A stretch of 55,792 bases of DNA, the filler included, from Platydemus manokwari (lineage: Eukaryota): the NCBI GenBank assembly GCA_037951405.1. It is 5 parts of 5 records of this genome, joined end to end, with 100 filler letters (N's around TTAATTAATTAA, not from the genome) between each part and the next. Parts side by side here need not be neighbours in the genome. Positions count along the whole stretch, not along the records: positions 46,477 to 55,792 come from JBBMOY011266096.1; 4 more parts are not named here. One strand, 5' to 3'. Numbering within the stretch: position 1 is the first letter of the stretch; every line of letters begins with the position of its first letter. Made by a program: the position numbers and the translations under genes. The notes under the pieces were generated by a model, which was not told the origin of the DNA, ran no database searches, and saw only the letters and a list, made by a program, of their open reading frames with translations. This document shows positions 50,835 to 55,792 of this stretch, piece by piece.

Positions 50835-51692
50835 CTCTGCAATTCCTAAGTCTCCATCTCTAAAACAAAAATAAAACACAATACAATTTATACTCATTGA
50901 TATTAATTATTGTTCATTGATTAATGTGCTTTATATCTTATTTCTTATTAATCAGTCGTATTATTACAATATGGCGCAAGCAGCGGGTGATATTAAATCT
51001 TCGCTTGTGGATAGAGTGTTTATAGTTAGCCATGCAATAGTGTGCCAGAGTAGTGCCAAAGTTTGCCAAACATTTCAACAATATTTCAATCGTGCACTAT
51101 CAGCTAGGACAACAGCGTAATACTGGAAGCAGGAGTTTGAAGAAACTGGAATCTTATCCACTAGGTGGCTATCCGGTAGACTGTCTGATGAAACCCTGAA
51201 GGAAAAGGAAATGACAATCAACATTGTTATCAACACGATGGTGCCCCGCCTTATTTCAGAATTCCAGCACGACAATGGCTTTATCAACATTTTCTACAGC
51301 ATTGAATTGACCGTAGAGGACAAAAGGAATGCCCACCAAGTTCCTCAGACCTCACAATATTTCAATTTTGTATACGGAGCTATATCAAAGATTGGGTTTA
51401 TGCGGTTCCATAACAATTGTACAACGCTTAACGAACTTGAAGAAGCGATTTCACATGAATTGATAAACATCAATCAAGAAGTCGTCCTTAAATGGTATCC
51501 AAGCTTTAGGAAATGATGCCATCTCTGTTTGGGGGAAGATGGTGAACATTTTGAACAGTTACTATGAAATTGCTCATTATTTACCGTTATTTATTCTTGC
51601 TGTTATTGTGTTGAGTGTAAATCAATACATTTGGTTTGTTCTTAGTGTTGTTTTATTTTAATCTAAGAGGCGGAGATTTATGAATAGCACGG
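50835..51692 (+). mobile_element. Decayed, internally deleted Tc1/mariner element with a DUF4817-like HTH
   Basis: N-terminal DRVFIV....S..VCQTFQQYFNR..RTT...W...FEETG....SGR and C-terminal PPSSSDLT...YIKDWVY...TLNELEEAI..E...I...C....GEHFEQLL*. Degenerate ~45-bp TIRs at 50835-50880 and ~51648-51692. Confidence 0.78.
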
Positions 51693-54600
51693 CATATTAT
51701 TATTCTTATTATCGATCTTTGTATTTCACTCAAATTATTTCTTTGATGATTATATTGAATAAAATGTGCCAACCAATATATCTCCTGATTATCATTATCA
51801 TCAGTTGTTATTGTTATGTTATGATGATCTATCATTCCATTGGAGAGAGACCAATTTATTAATAAACTATTAAGTATTATTAAATAATTCATTCATATAT
51901 TTGGATTACAAAAATTCATCACAAAATAATAATCAATAATTCAATCGATATCATACCGTGTGATTCAGTTAATCAATTATTGTTCTGTTATTGAAGATAT
52001 GTTTATTTTATTTATCATATTTCATTTCTCTCTCTCCCTCAATATATATATATATATATGTAATACAATTCATCATTAAAATATACCAACTATATGTGCT
52101 ATTCGTGCTAGCACAGTATAAAAGTCCTAAAAGTCGTGAAACATTAAATTTTATCCTTATCCGAGGTGAGTTTCACAATAAATGTTTGTGATTTTGTGCT
52201 AGTTTTCAGCTTTATTGATATGTAACAAATTTAATCGATAAATATCCACTATATTCAAAGCAAGCATTCTAAATTCATCGAAACACCTAAAAAGATGAAC
52301 CAAATTGTGTGTCACTATGACAGAAATCTATTTATCCTCAAACTCGTAACAAAATCAAAACAAATTTTTTAGACTCGCTTGAAAATAATTTACGATTTGA
52401 AAATATGTTGAAAAATACAACATTTATGAGGTTAATTTATTTATTTTTATGATTTGTGTGTCAGTAATTCCATCGAATTTTAAATATTGTTTTCAATAAT
52501 CTTTATTAATTTCGATTTGAAAATTTTATTTTAAAAATTGGAAATATATTTCTATCGATCGATTTGTAAATCTCTTAATTTTCAAATTAGTAATGATTAT
52601 TGGAAATTTAGATTGGATTTGATTTAATCAATAATCAATATATACTTTTGAAATTTATTAAATATTTATTGATTATTTCACTCGTTTAAACTCATATTTT
52701 ATATATTATTCATCAACATCATATTCGTTGAAAATATATTAGAGAATGATAATTATGATAATAAAAAATGAGAAATAAATAATTATTAAAAGAAATAAAA
52801 TATGAAGACTTTTTGAACAGAGTAGCATCAGTATATGATGTGATATGCAAAAATTAAGTGAAACAATGATTTCTTTGTTTTAATTTATGTCCTGTGACTA
52901 AAATCTGTATCAGTAGAATCCAATCATTAGATGATGTCATGATAAATGATACCACAGCACTGTTTTATATACACAGCATTGTGAGAAGTGGATAATACAT
53001 TTCAAAATTAGCTGCATAATATTTGATTATTTGTGGTTTTAATGATCATTTTTTTGTTTAATTGGCATTGATTGAAAAATCAATTGATACAATATTTGAT
53101 TTCATTGTGCTGTTCTACCATTTGAGAAATAAAATGCTATGGTTGATTTTGTATGTGCAACACGAAATAAATAACAAATCGATGTTTTCTATGGAAAATG
53201 ATATCAATAAAAATGATATCAAAGTAAAAGAAAATGTTGACAAAATAAATACCAAAAAATCGATATTTTTCTTTGAAATTATCGATTTTTTTTCCGAATA
53301 TGAATCGTACTGATATTTATGATTTATTTTCCATTCAGATTGAGAGTTGAACTAATCTGTCTGCTTGATGCAAAGCATAGAAAATTGTATACAAAATTTC
53401 TATCGATTATTTTTTACTGATCAATCCATATGTCGATTTATTGATTATTGATTTTTCCTTAGCGATATATATATTAATTGATGACATCAATTACTGGCGC
53501 TATGTAGTTTTTATATTTTTATCAGTGTGTCAACAAGAATGCTGATTTTCTAACAGTTCTGATTTTCTGCCAACCCATTCTCTTTCATTGACGCAGATAA
53601 TCCATACGTTAGAATTCATCAGAAATTGCTGAAAAAAAAATCACGGCGATGACGATGTCTTCGTCTAAAATAATTATGGTGATGTTTTGATGATAGTGTT
53701 TATGTTCTTACCTTAGACTGATTCTATAATACACACACCCATTGCAACACACACACGCAAGCGTTATGTATATTCTTATGTATTATTATTATTAACGATT
53801 TATATGGATTGTTTATGGATTTTATCTTTTATCAATTTTATTATTATTACTATGACTATGTTCATGAAATGATGTAACATATTTATCGATCATAGATAGA
53901 TAGGCGTTGCATGATAATTAGCCATTTGATCGGTTTGATCACACAGTTGTGATGATTATGATCTTGAATTGATGAAGATCTTGATACTGATGCTTGTGAT
54001 AATAATGATGATGTTGATGATGATGAGAAGGTTGTTGATATCGATTTTTATATTTGATTTCTTGAAAGAGAAATCGAAAAATATTTATTGTTGCAGTTTT
54101 CCTTCTGTGTAGTGTGAAAAGCATTTTGATTATAGGTTTCATCGCAACATTTTTTAATACATTTGTTTCGGGATTGTTTAATATATATAATCAATATTGG
54201 ACTTCATTCATGACATAACACAATGGTAAATAAATGTGAATCCAAAGGGATATTTTTTTTTTTACTCCAAGATTTTATGTAAATGTTTTATCGATTTGCT
54301 ATTCGTGATTATATAATCCTATTGTTGCCTAGTAGCAGACTATTAGTTATCGTGTGAAAACATTTCCCCAGAATCATAATAAACATTTCATCTGCGTTGG
54401 CCTGAACGATAATCTTAAAGATAAGTACTGAACGAGCAAAGTTAATAATGGGAAACCATAAATATTGGCTTTTTCTTTATAGAATATGCCTTTGTTTTGA
54501 AATCAATATTTTAAGACCAATCTTTGTGAACAAAAATCATGAAATATTCCATGTCTTGATGTTGTTTTATCTTCACTTCTCAATTTTTATCTTAACAATT

Positions 54601-55792
54601 ACAAATGAGCATTAATGTGGGTGGGACTTTGGCGCCATCCTCTCCATTTATTTTTATATTTAATTATTATTGTTTTTCATGATATCGAATTGATTTTTTC
54701 GGGTTCCTGTATTAAAGAATCTAATTAAAATTTTAATATTCTCCCCATCACTATGCTCTCTTGTTCATATTATAAAATCTTAGTAATAAAAGGATTTAAA
54801 TTTTTACATAAACTGATGACAAGTCGCCAAAGTCTGACCTGTATTGCTACTATAATCATAAAATGAAAATAAATGAAAGATCATATTACCCATTAGAAAT
54901 ATAATTTCACATATTTCAGAAGAATCTTTTAAATAAATATTCAGGTACATGTTGACAAACAATGGGTAATGTTTTGCAATGAAATGTCAATGATGAAGAT
55001 TATATAATAAACAATTTATTTTCAAATCATATTTTAAAAAGGCAGACGATCAAAGTATTGAAAATCATTTAATAAATATAATCAATGATTTCTCACAGAA
55101 ATTAGATGATGATTTATTAAAAGTGAAAGACATGGCTGAAATATATTCCAATTAGGAAATGCAAAAATAAATATTTCACTAACAATATTTTTGTAATAGT
55201 TATTTGCAATGGTAATGTAAGTCAGTCTATGGTGCGACACCTTCGATTTATTTTTATATTTATTTATTCGTCATAGTTGTCCTTCACCTACATTTGACTC
55301 TATCTCACTTTCGAGGTTTGTCCATATCATAAAAATAAGTTGAATTTTCGACACCAAGCACTGGTTTTCATTACTACTATGTTGGGATTCTGGCCCATCT
55401 AGTTCCTTAAAAACAATTAATTTACATTGAAAATGTGTGCATGACAGTACGTACCGAATGTGTATTAATTTTTATTTTAATTAATGTGTATTTTTATGAC
55501 CCTCGCATTCTGGAGCAAAGACCTGTTTAAAATATTGATATTTATAATAATCATTATATATATACGTAAAATAATATTTCCAATAAAATCCCCAATTGAA
55601 AAACCTGTCGAAATCCCCTAAAATAATAAATTGATTTATAAAATATTAACGCGCAATGAGATATCGCGCATTAACAGCGAGAAATTAATTGTCATCTGTT
55701 TCTGCCCATTAAAATTCTGCCTAATAAATTTATTCAGAGAGAATTTCTCTCACCAGTGAATAAATTCACTGGCATTAAATTTAATCGCAGAC

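Overview
Very AT-rich eukaryotic (animal) genomic DNA. It has many GT-AG introns of about 34-60 nt, (TAA)n tracts and ATATTGAT-rich filler, which is reminiscent of a planarian flatworm; the taxon is an inference. The window is five contigs joined by artificial N44-TTAATTAATTAA-N44 linkers, so adjacency across the linkers is not guaranteed. Hand-spliced host genes are a divergent TBK1/IKKepsilon kinase running into a gap, an intronless FMRFamide-receptor-like GPCR, AAR2, SDAD1/SDA1, SART1/SNU66, a C7orf57-like gene, MVB12 and a YTHDF-type m6A reader. Mobile DNA comprises a Merlin (IS1595/ISXO2-like) transposase 3' end, a TTAA-flanked defective piggyBac with intact bipartite ends, two hAT MITEs with 8-bp TSDs, two deleted Tc1/mariner elements and faint LTR-retrotransposon debris. 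I found no CRISPR array, RNA gene or clearly new multi-gene system. The best leads are the DMG-motif TBK1 with a short beta3-alphaC linker, the YTH domain with two insertions, the piggyBac end architecture, and several unassigned spliced exon chains, one with a 12-nt microexon candidate.
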